In this document: positions 13,660 to 27,521 of the stretch, piece after piece
Position numbering within the stretch: position 1 is the first letter of the stretch
Layout of the letters: the number at the start of each line of letters is the position of its first letter
Origin: Botryllus schlosseri
Lineage: Eukaryota
Reading direction: 5' to 3'
DNA: 64,000 bases
Assembly: GCA_051294905.1 (NCBI GenBank)
Contig: CM119371.1
Coordinates: 3,598,001-3,662,000 of the forward strand
The notes under the pieces: model-generated
Seen by the model: only the letters and a program-made list of their open reading frames with translations
What the model was told of the DNA's origin: nothing
Database searches by the model: none
Program-made: the position numbers and the translations under genes

Positions 13660-15460
13660 CAGGGCATGGTATGGTATGGTATGGAAGTATGGTATGGAAG
13701 TATGGTATGGTATGGATCGATATTTCGGTATGGACTATGGAAGAATGCAAGTATGGTATGGAATGGAAGATTTTAATCTATGGTATGGAACGACATTTCC
13801 ATACTTCCATACTTTGGTGTTTTATACATTTTATCGTGATCTGTGCAAGCTTCATGAAGAGTACGTTGATCGCTGCTCACGGAATACGATCGCTTTTGTT
13901 ATTTGTGAACGTGAACTATTGAACGCTCTGTAGTTACAAATACGCACTTGTGCAACGGTTTTAGGAGCACTTGGAATGACATGATTTTCTGATATATTAA
14001 TGACAACAGTAATGTTAATCTGATATTCTATTGAGTCTAGACACGACGTCTCCGAGCATAGTCTATCATGTGACGCAATAATTGGTAATGTAGGCAACTC
14101 CAACTATACCTCATTACTTGAGTGACGACAGCTCACAAGCAATCATGATGCAACGTACTAATTGCTCAATGCGATTGATTATTACATTTCTTCTTCAACA
14201 TTGTACGCTCCGCACATATATACTATTTGCATTATTGGTCATATTTCAAACGCTCTCGCATTAGGATTATAAAATAGGGAGTGGGGTAGACATAGTTTGA
14301 AATTCTAGCCACGCTAACCCCAACCAAATGCTGTACTAATAATCACGCAGATCGCTGCAGTATTGATCGCATGTAGCTGGGATATTATATGGGTGCACCT
14401 ATATTATAAATTATTTTGCGAGTATTTGCTTCAAACTTGCATGATCATCACGCCAATGTACCGGGAATGCGATGATATTCTTATGGAGCAGTGGCGGGCC
14501 ACTTCGCCAGTCGGTGTGCCGGATATAGGAAAATTAACTACTTGGCAAGCCGGATTGCTGAATTGATACATTATTCGCGCATATGTACAAGGAATAAATG
14601 GTATTTAATGAATGTATTTTATCGACAGCAATGTCACTTCAAAGCCATTTCTCGCCGATAATGACAATACAATGTGGATTTAAGAACAGCATTGTCATAC
14701 AGGCGCCGCCATGTCTGCTTCTCTCTGATCAACTAACTCACGATGCCATCCTTAATTAAGATTTCAAAGCGTTTCATAAGTCCGGTACCCAAAATTTATC
14801 AAGATATCAATTCATTATAGGCTTGAGTACATCATAAATGCCAATAATGCAAGTCTTCTCGCTTTGACGAACTTACGCGTAAGATCCAATCTCGCACGCT
14901 GCGCAGTGCGCACACCTATATAATTACATACGCAGTCACTAAAATTTGACGTTCAAGCAAGTGGTGGGGTATCTCGGCTGACTGGGGCAGCGGGCCACAT
15001 TATCATGTAAGACGGGAAACTGTCCGCGGCCAGACAAAATCTCGTCGCGGGCCGTATACGGCCCGTGGGCAGTATGTTACCCGTCCCTTTTATGGACGGT
15101 CCTAGATAACAATCTGCTGACTCTCATTTTTCTCGCGGAAGCTGTAGAGTAGACTTACACGGCACCTCACCACCGTGAACTAAACCTCACCAAAAGAGAC
15201 TCTGTAAAACTATTACCAGGAATTAGATTCGCATCATGGCTAGTTTAGGAAATAATGACAGTCCGAAATATCAATAATATAGGTGCTAGAAAAGGAGATT
15301 ACTTGTGATATTTCAGTATTTGAAAGTATGGGATATGTATCAAGTATGGTATGGAACTATTTTGGTATGGTATGGAAAATTGCAAGTATGGTATGGAGAG
15401 AGTAAGGCAAGTATGGAGTATGGAAAATTCTCGTTCCATACTATACCATACCATGCCCTG
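13660..15460. mobile_element. Non-autonomous hAT-type transposon with (TATGG)n subterminal repeats, copy 1
   Basis: TIR CAGGGCATGGTATGGTAT...ATACCATACCATGCCCTG with perfect 8-bp TSD ATTTTTAG (13652-13659 and 15461-15468). Confidence 0.85.
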
Positions 15461-15969
15461 ATTTTTAGTTACTCGCAGAGACTCATCTCGTAATTTACAA
15501 AGTAACCGCTAGCGATAAATCACAAAACACTTACGAGCGATCGACCAAAACTACTTTTCTAAAATCAAGTACTTTTCAAACTTGTCACTTTCTACCTCAA
15601 CTTGAAGTAGTTTTAACACATCGTGGACACATCTATTTCTCCATATAATTGCATATAAAATTAAAACGTATCTTCTACTCATCACGATTATCAAGGCTGA
15701 CTACTTTCGCCACATCTACGTACAATCGAGACCCGACTCGCAATACTAGAGATGCAAGTAGAGTATAAATTGAGAATAGAAGTTTTTGTCGAACACTGAT
15801 GAGCGGATTTGAAATTTCAAAATACAAATCCTCTTCAAATCCACAATTAAATTTGTCTTAACTCCAAGTCCAAATACGATAACGGCTGAAATTTGTCCAA
15901 AAGTATCATGGAAATAAAACAATATCAGGAAATATTTTACAATAATATAATAGGAAATGCATGTAATAC

Positions 15970-16125
15970 CATCTCTAATTTACAATCAGATATCTTCCGC
16001 AAATCATCCTGCTTGGCCAACAGCTGTTTTTGTTCATCGAATTTGAAGAATTCTGCATCAAAAAGTATTCCAAAAAATGCAACTTCTGCTAAGCGAATAA
16101 CCCGATCGAAAGATAGATTGGATTC
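15970..16125 (-). CDS. Putative NLR exon
   Basis: Strong acceptor ttttattttcacag|, donor ATG|GTATTA, 156 nt, phase 0-0. Translation ESNLSFDRVIRLAEVAFFGILFDAEFFKFDEQKQLLAKQDDLRKISDCKLEM. Confidence 0.45.
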
Positions 16126-16632
16126 CTGTGAAAATAAAATGTTGTCAGTTACGTCACGATCCACACCAACAAGAAACTCTCAGAGGCACGATCATGCATG
16201 ATAGATTAATGTTACTACTGAAGGCTAGTGCGGGTGAAGCGATGGCTATGATGCTTGTCCGTTGGAAAATGCGATGTGAAAGAAACACAATCCTTATATT
16301 TTTGAAAGATGAAACCTAACATTTCAAATGGACTTGATAATCAAAGTACAGTGTCAGCAATTTTTTTTTATAGATTCATGATGTAAAAAATCTTCACCTA
16401 TAAAATCAGCACAAGTTTTTAGCTTACTATTCTCAACAAAAGCATCTCGTCTTCATGACTCTCATCAATACGTCATAATCTACATCCTGGCTACACTAAC
16501 CCGCAAGGTCATCGTTGTACGTGCCTAGTGTAGCTGACAGCTTCGTACAATAAAGTCAGTGAAATGAGAGAAACTTCATTCCAATCATTAGAATGGACTC
16601 GTTATCAAAGTTGATTCATCTTGATATCAAAC

Positions 16633-16731
16633 CTTGATGATGAAACGACCGTCAGCCGATCTACTTATCTTGATGACATCTTCTTCGTTCTTCAATTCAA
16701 CATCCCATTCACCTACAGTCAGCCAGACAAC
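16633..16731 (-). CDS. Putative NLR exon
   Basis: Acceptor atattcag|, donor AAG|GTTTGA, 99 nt, phase 0-0. Translation VVWLTVGEWDVELKNEEDVIKISRSADGRFIIK. Confidence 0.45.
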
Positions 16732-17968
16732 CTGAATATTATCCAGATGTGAAACTTGAGATTGTGCATTGTATCGATCATCCACCATCTATCGTGACGT
16801 CATATCTCACATACAGTGACGACCGCATCATCACAGATCATCATGTGCTATACTGCTTTGATACGGTTCACTGATTTTAGTGACGTTTTTGCCGGTGGTA
16901 GCATTTCGCTACTTTAGTGGCTCGATATCTCTAAAAATACTGGTTTATATGAGGTGAGAAGTATCATGGCGGAATCCATAGAAAAAGTATAAGTATGGAG
17001 ACAAAAATATTCTGGGCAAAATTGTGGATCTTTAATCAAATCGTAAGCACCCGGAACCGTAACCTGCATTGACACGAATTCATGGGCTAATTTCGTCTTT
17101 CTAATCATAGCGCGAAAATGGACAAGCGCGAAAATGGACAGTTTCCTGTTGTGAGCATGTAAATCAGAATTACGCCATGGACATCATAGCGAGTCCTATA
17201 TTGCAAGGGAAATAAAACACTGCAGTCAAAAACGCTGTTATAATTAGGGCTGGGCACAATGATTCGAGTGCTCAAATCTGAATCGAATAACAATTTTAAT
17301 GATCCAGGCCGAGTAGTAAAAATCGATATTCTCAAGTACCGAAATTGTGCGTTCGTTGACACGGAAAGTTACTTTATTGACAAAAATTGTAGTTTTGACA
17401 GCTTTATATGTGATTTAGAATCGAATTCAGATACTCGATTTTTCCAGCCATAGGTAATCAGTGAATAATTTCGCTATGCAATGTCGAAATCATTGTGTTG
17501 GCGTGAAAACCAGATGCGCATCTTGTTGATTAGCAGTGGTAATATTCTGTTGAGCACTAATTCATGTCGACGTGCACACTTTTGAATTTTGACGGTGCTG
17601 ACAATGTTACTTTTTATTTACGCAGTGCATTTTGTAGGGGCACGCGGCGTTTGCTTACGCAAATGTGACATAATTTTTCAAAATATTGATGAACAATTCG
17701 ATCATCGCCTGACTGACTGGTATCGATCACACCAATATCAAATCTCATTACATTGCATTCATTTCATCCATTGTAAATGTAGTAGAAAGTTGATTTTTGT
17801 TGATGGGGTCGTGACATTAGCTCAGCGCTCTTATTGATGCCACTACTTTACATAATCCGCCATTTCACCAAATTCGATTACATAGCTCGATATTAATGAC
17901 ACAATGCGGATATTAAAACATCATATCAGTGGGTAAATACTCTACGGCTTCCGGATGGAAGCAGAGTA

Positions 17969-18826
17969 GTACTGTTAAAAAAAATTCTTCAGAATTAACT
18001 GGCTGTATGATAAAATTGTTAGGTTGGATGAAAAAACGCTGTAAACCAAATTTGACTTCAAGTCCAACCAGTTGAAGCAAGATTCTTGCTGTAAAAAGTT
18101 TCGAAATTATAATTAAAAAAAATTCAAAGTTTTTCTTTCAACCGCATAAAATTGTTAGTTAATCAGTAGTGATGATGCATACCAAATTTGGCTCAATTCC
18201 AACCGCTAGGAGCAAACTTATTGCCACAGTAAAATTTCCAATTCCGTGATTTTATAGGAAATATTCATAGCTTTCAATACAACATCCATTGTAGTACAAT
18301 ATTTAAACTCAAATACTTTTTGGCACAGCAGTAAAGGGATTTAAATGGATTTAGAAGCAAAACCAAATCTGTTTAACTCCCTTCAGTGTGCCGTTGACTC
18401 TTGAAAGAGGCAACAAAAAAGTCTTCGAGTTTAATAAATATTCTACTACAATGGATTTTGCATTGAAAGCTATATTCAAGTTCTGTACCACGAATAAGCT
18501 ATTTGAGTAAATGGTTAAAAAGAGTTAGCTACCGAAAAATTATTTTATTCAAGTCCAAATTTTTTCTACCACAATAACTTCGCTTCTAGTGGTTGGAATT
18601 GAGCCACATTTGGTGTGCATCGTCTCTACTGACAGTCCAACAATCTTACGTTGAGAGAAAAATTTTAAAATTTCAATTTTTAATGATAAATCCAAAATTT
18701 CCTACTGCAAGAAAATCGCTTCTACTGGTTGCAATTGACCCAAAGTTGGCGTACAGCGTTGTTTTCGCTAACCTTACAATTTTACAACATAACCAAAGAT
18801 ATCTGAAGGTTTTTTGAACAGTCCTA
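17969..18826. repeat. MITE-like element with long imperfect inverted repeats (dispersed family)
   Basis: ACTGTTAAAAAAAATTCTTCAGA... versus ...TCTGAAGGTTTTTTGAACAGT. The internal motif CTACTGGTTGGAATTGAGCCAAATTTGG also occurs near 6367, 7335, 8700 and 62750. Boundaries approximate. Confidence 0.55.
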
Positions 18827-18969
18827 ATGCAGATAATGTATGTATAATGCTCTCAATCACGGCTATGGTGTCACCAATAACGTGCGGTTGTCACGTCACA
18901 AGTCTCCGCATACCCACATAAATTATAGTGGCGTGTTAGTACACAACTAAATCATAGAATTGATCTCAC

Positions 18970-19074
18970 TTCCCAATCCAATTTTCCAGATAGCGATTCA
19001 ATCCGATGATGTCCGAGAAGTGAACGTAGTGCTGTTGCTGAAAACTTATTGAAACCCAAATCCACTTCCTTCAC
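18970..19074 (-). CDS. NLR exon, LRR-like
   Basis: Acceptor catcattccag|, donor GAA|GTGAG, 105 nt, phase 0-0. VKEVDLGFNKFSATALRSLL... fits LxxLxLxxNxL. Confidence 0.65.
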
Positions 19075-19865
19075 CTGGAATGATGAATGAAATATGAATA
19101 CAATGTCGGTCAATATCATGTCAAACCAACAGAGCTTTGCACAGATTTAATCAGGGCATATTTAGGAAGCTGAGTATGTTCAACATCATTGAGATCCCCA
19201 TATTAAAGGCAAACGACCCTAGGTTTAGCGCAACGGTCTTTCACTAATCCATTCAAACGGCTCCAATCAATTCTAGGAATACACCGTACTCTATAATTGA
19301 GATTACGATTTGATTTCAGTGAATGATGGCTAATTTTATTCACTTTCGATTTAATTTTAGCGAGCGAGGCGGCCACAATAGGATCAACTGTAATTTGTAA
19401 TTGAGCTGCATGTAATTATTAATCTTTTTTCATGGTATTTGAATTGTCAGTGAAGCATTTCTATTCTGTGTAATTGTAATTTGATAAAAATTTTATTAAT
19501 TACAATTTCAATTGCATAGTTATTGAAACCTGACAATCATAACATAAAATAATTAGCCCATTAATATGGGTGTTCTATGCTTACCTCGTTAACTAATTCA
19601 GCCATACTCAACTGTTTCCCAAAGGCCAACTGCAGCTCCAACAGAAAACTTGGTGAATTACAATATAGGCTATCGAACAAAATCTCAACATTTCATAAAT
19701 TGACGAAAAGAAAATAAACTCTTCTGTAACCTGTGTGGAACTATTTCCTACACCACGGTCAGTGTTTTTTTTTAAATCTCTTTCTATTACTGAGACTCAC
19801 TCGGGCCAGATAGGTTACCCTCCGAGTTACATATAAATTCACTGGTGTTTTGTGCCTAAACTCAC

Positions 19866-20173
19866 ATGTATTCTTTTTTCCAGACACTCCGTAATGATCG
19901 ACAAAAGCTCATCGTTGATGTTGCAGTTGTGCAACTGCAAGCTATTCAGACTTTCACTCCTTGAAGCAAGCGATCCAAAGATATGAGCCTCATCGCGACT
20001 CAATGAGATGCGAGATGCATTGATATCGGAAATTTGTTTCATAAGATCGCCGTCTCCTGATTCGTAGATTGCTGTATACAGTTCCATGCGAACGAGCTTG
20101 TTGTCCACATTCTCCTTGAGATGCGAACGAATCGATCCAGCGAGAAATCGCTTTTTCAGCGGCCGATTTGAGA
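19866..20173 (-). CDS. NLR exon (helical domain 2 and first LRR)
   Basis: Acceptor tgtctaacag| in phase 1 matches the NACHT-exon donor; donor CAT|GTGAG. Contains ELYTAIYESGD (NLR HD2-like) and the LRR-like LNSLQLHNCNINDELLSII. Confidence 0.75.
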
Positions 20174-22237
20174 CTGTTAGACAAATAATGAACATCATTA
20201 TACGATATTACAATCGAGTAAAGAGGAACAACAGTATTCACAGAGGCACATGAAGACATATTCGCCCACAAATGTTGACTCATACGCCTGTTTTCACAAC
20301 GACACGGTGAATCCAAGACGTTATGTTATTGTAGTAAACTATAGAACCTAAAGTCGCATCGATTAAATTTCCAATTACCCGTTCCAGATTTTTCTGCTGC
20401 TTACGCGACTAATTTACGCAGACTGACGGAATATGAAACAGTTATGACTGGATTGGTCTATTACAGCATTGTCTTGGGATAATAGTGCGACAAAGCACGG
20501 ATTAAATAAGCTCATTGGATCAGTGCCCACCATACGGTAATGCGTTAAAGATTGCGTTTTCTACGTTTAAATTCATCGGAATTCTTTTGCACCTTTGCAA
20601 AATATATAATTATTACACGTATCCCTAATGAAGAGAACGGCGACTCGAAGCTAGTCGGTAAAGTTGCATTACATCACAATGTATTATGTATGCGTGTTGA
20701 TAGAATATATATTTCTATTATGCAACAGACTTCAACTTTCAGCCCGTTCAGCAAGATACTCCATTCTCTTGATGAAGCCTTGTTTATTCGTTGCACTTAT
20801 TAAAATACGTATTGCATTTCAATATCACATATTCAAGCATATTAGCAGTCATCCCGATTCTGTAACTAACTTGGTTCAATTCAATTTATAGCAAAACCAC
20901 AGAAGATGTGCTCACCTAATTTTCAGAGACAGACGTGTTTATAAAGCACACTCACCGTCGCTGTAAGGCCATGAACGATATGAGCATCTTTTTGAATTTG
21001 CACATAGATACCAGCGAAAATATGACTAGCGATGCGCACAATCATTCGAGTATTCTAATCCGAATTCAGTAGGACTATTATTTTTAAGGATTCTAATCAA
21101 ATCACACATGATCTTTTTGAGTTTCGAAATTATGCGCCTCTTTACACTGGCAGTTGTATTTTCATCGATGTAATTCTTATTTTGATGCTTTTTTATCGAA
21201 GCATGGAACCCCTAATTGCTGATCTCACTAGATTCAAAACAGTGGTACGAAGTAGTACGAAGCTGGTACGCATGCTATCAGGAATGACATTTCTGCGAGG
21301 TCTTGATAAAACTACACCATCGTCACAAAGTCCAATGTGGCTGGTATGATCGAAAATATTAAATAATGTTCATGTGGTATAGAAGCAGTACTATTTTTGT
21401 GGCTTTGTGTAACATACAGCCAGTGGTGTCATTGGTAATACTAGCATACTCAACTGGACTTATTACACAACTCCTGTCGTAACGCTGGAATCCACAATGT
21501 GATTAACTGCTGAACTGAGCTGGGTTATACTATAGATTGCGGCCAGAGCGCTAAAAGTCATTTCGTCATTGTTTGAATTTCAACAATCGAACCGCCACAA
21601 CACAATGACGACAACAATGGCAAATTGCACCATGTGATTGTTTTCAACAATGAGGAATCGCTCTTACCTAGTAATCGAAAATTGAACTTAAAGCCTAACA
21701 CTTTGTTCAGAATCGAATCACTCCGGTACTTGATATATGCCCAAACCAAACTCGATCATAGAGACGGATAGTTCCCAGCCCTGTGTCTGTGTTAAATGGA
21801 TGTTTTCTTACGTATCCATATTCTACCATGCAATTGGCAAATGAATGTCGTCAATCTAAGATGTGATCTAACCGTTGGGCTTATAATTGTCACCATGCAG
21901 AAATGCCAGGCATCTCCGTCAATTAGTTGAAAGAGTTGTTGTATAGGCCTACTCTCAAAATAAGAAAATATGACAGAGTCATGAAAAGTGTCAGTGTAAA
22001 TAACACTGTAATATAATTTTTCTACTGGGTTTGCACTTTACGTTGACCAGTTAAATATGATCCTCCTACAGTGAATCAAGCAAATGCTCTGCAGGGTTAT
22101 TAAATAACGGTTCATTCAAATTCATTTCGAAACGATCCGTTTTACGACGTTCAAATTATTGAGTGTAACGGGAATATGATACCTTTTCAAGAAAGGTACC
22201 CTACATCACGAAACCCTATATTCTTTGAGGAACTCAC

Positions 22238-23680
22238 CTTCATGAAGGTTATCCGGTGTTTCGTCGAAAATGATGCCACACACGAATCTGCGGACGACCG
22301 ACCATCGCTCTTTGTGCAGGTCGCCATTGTTGAATAGCATGAAAGCTGGAAGCGACATATCAGCCACGTAGCCCGCTGCAAGGAATTCTTGCAGACTTTG
22401 ATGACAGAAGAAGAAAATGAAATCACCCTCCAATAGATTGCAACTAAGGAGGTTGTTTCCAGGAACCTTCATCATTAAATCTTCAACTTCTTCTTTTAAA
22501 ATTCCAAACATTCTCAAATTATTTTCCTGGAATGCTACTCTTCCTTCTTTCATGCCACGATAAGCCATCGCTTTCAATTTATTGATTACTTCGGCGATGG
22601 TATCGGCCCTTCTAATGTTTTCCATTCTGCTTAGAGTGGACATAATTTTTTTGTATAGTTCTGTGACCGTCTTAGGAGGAAGTTCTTTCAGATTTTTGGC
22701 CATGATCACTGCTGTTAAGACCAGAAAAACGGGAATGGAAACTAAATTGATCAGCCTTGGTGACATCTTCTCTATCTTCTCCCATGCTTCATCTCCATGC
22801 TGACGTAGCAGAAACACAAAAAGCTTCTTTGCGTCGTCTAGAGTCAGACCAGAAAGTGTGATGATGTCGGCAGGTCGCGCTTGCACTGGCAAATCCGAGA
22901 CTTGGAATTCTCGGGAAGAGATGACGATCTTTGTATCACCGAGCAGATTACGTGAGAGGATATTGTGCATGATCGTTGCTGCTTTGGCTACACTATAAGG
23001 ATTTATGTTCTCATCGCCATCTCTGTTGATTTTCCACGTAGCCTGATCCAAGCCATCAAAATATAAAACTGCTTCTGATTGATGTTCGAGCAACCACTGA
23101 TATGCATTATCCTCGTCGATCTTATTCTGAAAGAGGCCTCCAAAGAGAAATTCAGATGGTTTGATGAATCCTTTATCTCGCATGCCTTTTATTTCTATAT
23201 AATGTATCAATTTATACTTGAGCTGAGAGGGGCTTTCGGTGGCTTCTGTATTCGTGAGTGAATGGCCTAAAGTTTTTCTAGCGATTCTGCGCATGAGAGT
23301 GGTTTTTCCAGATCCTGCAGACGCTACAATAGCGGTGATAGAACTTTCCCCAATGATAACTTGTTGGAAAACTTCATCTAGCTCGATGAATTTGTCGTCG
23401 TCAACTTTTTGTCGGAGGAATCCGAACTCCTTTCTTAATTGATTTTTCATAACCTCTTTCTTTTGCCAGAAGAAGAATTTTCTTTTTACTGCTACTTCCA
23501 TCTCGTGCACCTCTTCATAATTGCCTTTGAAATATTCCGACTTGGTGACTCTTCTCATCTGGGGATGAACTTGGAAATCAGGTTTGCTGAGGTCGTTGGC
23601 GCCGATGTCTTCGAGGATTCTGTCCGCAGTCTTTTGAAACGCATTGTCGTTTATGCATCTTATCAGGGCGGAAGTTTTTT
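22238..23680 (-). CDS. NLR family protein, large NACHT-domain exon
   Basis: Within the 500-aa ORF: Walker A ASAGSGKTT, Walker B VLYFDGLDQ, sensor-1 IVISSR, IPVFL, winged-helix FFFCHQSLQEFLAA, and WSVVRRFVCG. Acceptor tatctttcag| at 23680 and donor AAG|GTGAGT at 22238, both phase 1. Confidence 0.92.
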
Positions 23681-24421
23681 CTGAAAGATAACAATATTTT
23701 TTGTTCAATATTTTTTATGTATAGAAATGATCGGACAAAAGCTATTATCTCCATTTGGTAATATATAACCTAGAACCCAGGTTTTCAAGAAAGATATGGA
23801 GATTTATATTGTGAATATTGCAGAATCCAGTTCGGTAAGCCCGGTACCCCAAACTACCAAGATATCAATTCATTATGGTCGAGTACAACATCGTAAAAGC
23901 CGATAATGCAAGTCTATTCGTTTGTACGAGCTTACGTGAAAGCTCCTCTCTCGCACCCACTCTAGGTAATGTCCTTTCTCGGTAATGGTTTTCTCGGTAT
24001 TTGTATAGGACCCCGTGGCCCTGGTCTGCCGAGATTCCCCACTGCTTGCTTACTACGTCAAATTTTAGTGACTGTTTGTTATTATCTGAGTGTGCGCAGC
24101 GAGCTTGCGCGTAAGTAGAAGCGAGAAAAATTGCATTACCGGCATTTACGGTTCTATACTATTATCGAGAACGTTCAATGCCAGGAATCTAGCTTACTGA
24201 GAGGACGTTGTCGAGAAATTTATTTCTGAGAATCGATACCAAATGTGGCAAAGCCGCCATGCACATGTACATTCACACGACCTGTATATTAGGATCTTCA
24301 AAGATGACTTTTTTTTCTTAAATCGTACTGTTAGGTTACCTCCCGTAATTTTCCATGTATAATGCGCAAAATTTTACCGATTTTCTGCCCTAAAATAGGG
24401 GGTGCGTATTATACATGGGTA

Positions 24422-26478
24422 CACTGTAAAAAATCTGGTAGATTTACTGGGAAATCTCTGTAAATTTTACCACGAATTACCGGTCGCAGCCAATTACTGC
24501 GCGTAGCTTGTCATTTTACATTTTGATATGTAATATTACCTTATTATAGCTGTAAAGTAAGTTACCAGAATTTCTTCGCAAAATTACGGACAGTTACTCG
24601 TTACTGCAGTTTACCGGGCTATTGGCAAAATTGATTAGCATCAAAATCGCTGCAGCCTGTGTATACGTAGAACTGAATGTTACTGATATATCATTCTAGA
24701 GGTGATTTGACCTGATTGAACCTCGTTTGCGAGACTGGGGTCTGTCACACCGAAATTGTTGGCCCTAGTATCAATTTAAGCTTAGTAGGGTACAAGAAAT
24801 AACTGACAATCGTAGCTAATGTGGTATACCGTAGCCATATTATATTATAAGGCAATGGCTGTACGGCCACTACGGCCAGTCTCGCTGGTTACATTCGTTG
24901 TCACGGATAAGGCTGATAAGTTAGAAAATTAGTTCAGGATGTATAATATTGCTCGGGGAAACTAGAAATATCAGCACCGCATCCTCAGCTGACTAATGGC
25001 GGACAAGGCGACCTGTAATAGGTTACATTAGGTGACTGCTTTTTCTGAGATTCGTAGTAAACAACCAACGCACAACTGTGACATCACAAGCAGCGTCTGG
25101 TTAGGTAAGTACAGTAAGTAGTGAACAACACATAGAATATATATCAATTTATACGAAATTAGATGAAAAAAGGGACTATGTGCAATGCTAAATGTTTCTG
25201 TATGGAAAAAACGACCCAGATCAAACATTATAACGTGGCCAGTAAATATTATTGGTGTCATGTGTCAGCGGATGAATACCATTTATTTCGAAATCGTTCG
25301 AGTGTCGTCTGGCCAGTGGCCAGTGGCCATTAGTGAGATTTGAGCACAGGGTGGAGCGAAGCTTGTTGTGCTTGAAGAAAGTGGACGCGATCGTTGAAGA
25401 TTCCTAGGAATGCTGAATGGAATACGCATCTTAAAAGGTAATACAGTACTACATAGTATTTGTTACCGTGAATATCTGACTCTGCACACCAGCCCTCGAT
25501 GACTTAGATTTCATGATTGATATATTTCATTCGCCGCATTCTCTGTTCTATTTTGGGATATTTGTCGACTTATATAGTGACCACATACTCCGCTGCGGAG
25601 GAGTTGAAACTGTTGGCTTGGTAATGTCATTTTCGGGCCATAGCATAGATATGTTTTCATCCACTGCTGGATATGTTTGCCACACAAGCCACCTTAAATT
25701 AGGAACCTTTTGCTTCAATACAGAGATAAAGTCATGAATCTCTGCTATGTCATGTAAAAGGAGGAGCCGTCATCACACAATGTGCCAGTACCGGTACTTC
25801 AAAACATGTTATATTTTTGTTAGCCCATTTGTCTTAGTCTTTATAATGTCATGTCCACTGTCCAGGTTAGGAACTTTGCTTTACATAGCGACTTACGCAT
25901 GAATTCTTTTTAGTGGAACTGCAAGATACTACTTACACAGAAGGAATGAGAACGAGAAAAGGAAACAATTGGAAGTTTGGCCGGTGGTGGAATTAATTCA
26001 CGTTTTCTTGAGACCACTCGTGTTACTGCATGTCTTCTAAAGAAGAATTAGACCTCCAGCAGCAATATTTTTCCGTCGATAACCACTTCATCGTGATATC
26101 ATGAATGAATATACAGTTTGTTCCAATGTCGTTTTGGGGATGTGAAGAAAATGTCGCGATATTTGCATCGGGTTGCTTTGCGATAGGTATGGATGTATGT
26201 GAATTTACAAGCTGGTATGTAATCCTGATTTACAGGGACAGCATGTAGGTAGGTAGGCGGTAAAATGACAGTCTCGATCGCAAATGTACAGGAGAACATG
26301 TAGATTAGATATACCGGAGGTGACTGTAACATTACAGTCTGGCGTGTAAAGTGAGATTACCGGACGAGTGTAAGTTAAATTTACATTGACTAACGGTAAT
26401 GTTAGATTACCTCGAAATGTCTGGCTACCGTGCTTCCAAACATTTCGCGGTAAATCGAGGTTTTTATTTTTTACAGTG
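24422..26478. mobile_element. Non-autonomous CACTG-ended DNA transposon, copy 2
   Basis: Same TIRs and TA TSD as 2792-4916. It is inserted inside a Tc2-like repeat: the flanks ...CATGGGTA|CAGCAAGCCTTG match the reverse complement of the uninterrupted sequence near 28810-28830. Confidence 0.8.
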
Positions 26479-27521
26479 TACAGCAAGCCTTGAAAAAGAT
26501 CTCAAAATCGTTTTCCAATACTGTCTTTGATGAAGAGGAGAAAAGTTTGTTAGCACAGTATGTCAATTTCATATAAGTATTATGGTTTGTCACTCCCACT
26601 TGAATAAGAGATAGAGCTGTGACATTTGGATGTGATGGGGTAGTTGAGGCAAACAAAGAATGACTTGATAGTATACATATTTTTAGTTATCTTGTTTTGC
26701 TATGCGTTATGACTTACGATCAATACGGGAATTGAAATAAATGAATTGTCCACTTCCAGCCCAGCTTTATATTAGTATATACAAACTGTTGGTAACTGTG
26801 AAAAGAGTTGAGGTTTGCAGGAGATGAATGGCATTTATTGATTCAATACAGACAGCGACCCATACCTCATAAAATAGGCTATTTTTTATTTACGAAAATG
26901 ATGTATTGTTACAAAATTTGATGTCACTTCCAAATACGTGGTTATTTCAGCTTAATTTTACCAGTAAGAGTTAGCCATATAACAGCTTCTTTGAGGTACA
27001 GAACTTCAATATACAAATGAATAGTATATTCATATTGAAATGAACCCGAATATTTTCGCCTGACACTTGCCAGGGGTAATCGTCAGCAACTAGTACAGAA
27101 TTCGAAAGAACAGCGTATATCAACAATCGTAACACAAAATATAACTAACCATATACCTAATGATCGTCTATACATAAATTTAGGAATATTAGACCAAGTT
27201 TGGCCAAGTTATAGCTTTGCAAGATTTGGTGGCTCATACCTCCCACTCTCCCCTACTCACTTACTGTGCATGTCAGCACAAAAATGGAAATCAACTCTAA
27301 AATTAATCACAACAAATGTATACAGCTCTGCCAACTCAAATGCGCTATCGAAAACGACATTTCATCTTGACGTTTTTATATTGGATATTTATACATGAAT
27401 ATTTTGGAGTTTCTGCATTGTTCAGCTAGCAAAGTCTTGTTAAAAACCACTTGGTTGTGATTGTTGGCTTTTTTTTCAAAAGATATGCGATTTTGCTACA
27501 TGCTACTGCTACATACTATAG

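Noticed and set aside
13671..13933. ORFs rich in MVWYG/YGME (also 15305, 42569-42883, 44237-44712)
   Set aside because: They are translations of (TATGG)n subterminal repeats of a hAT element, not proteins.
19585..21025. Isolated GTAAG/GTGAG donor-like sites at 19584, 20915 and 20955
   Set aside because: Not needed, because the flanking exons already join in phase, and the acceptors are weak.
23681..23708. Start of the 500-aa ORF (MNKKYCYLS) as the true N-terminus
   Set aside because: It begins at a non-ATG codon and lies upstream of a good splice acceptor at 23681-23682, so it is intronic.
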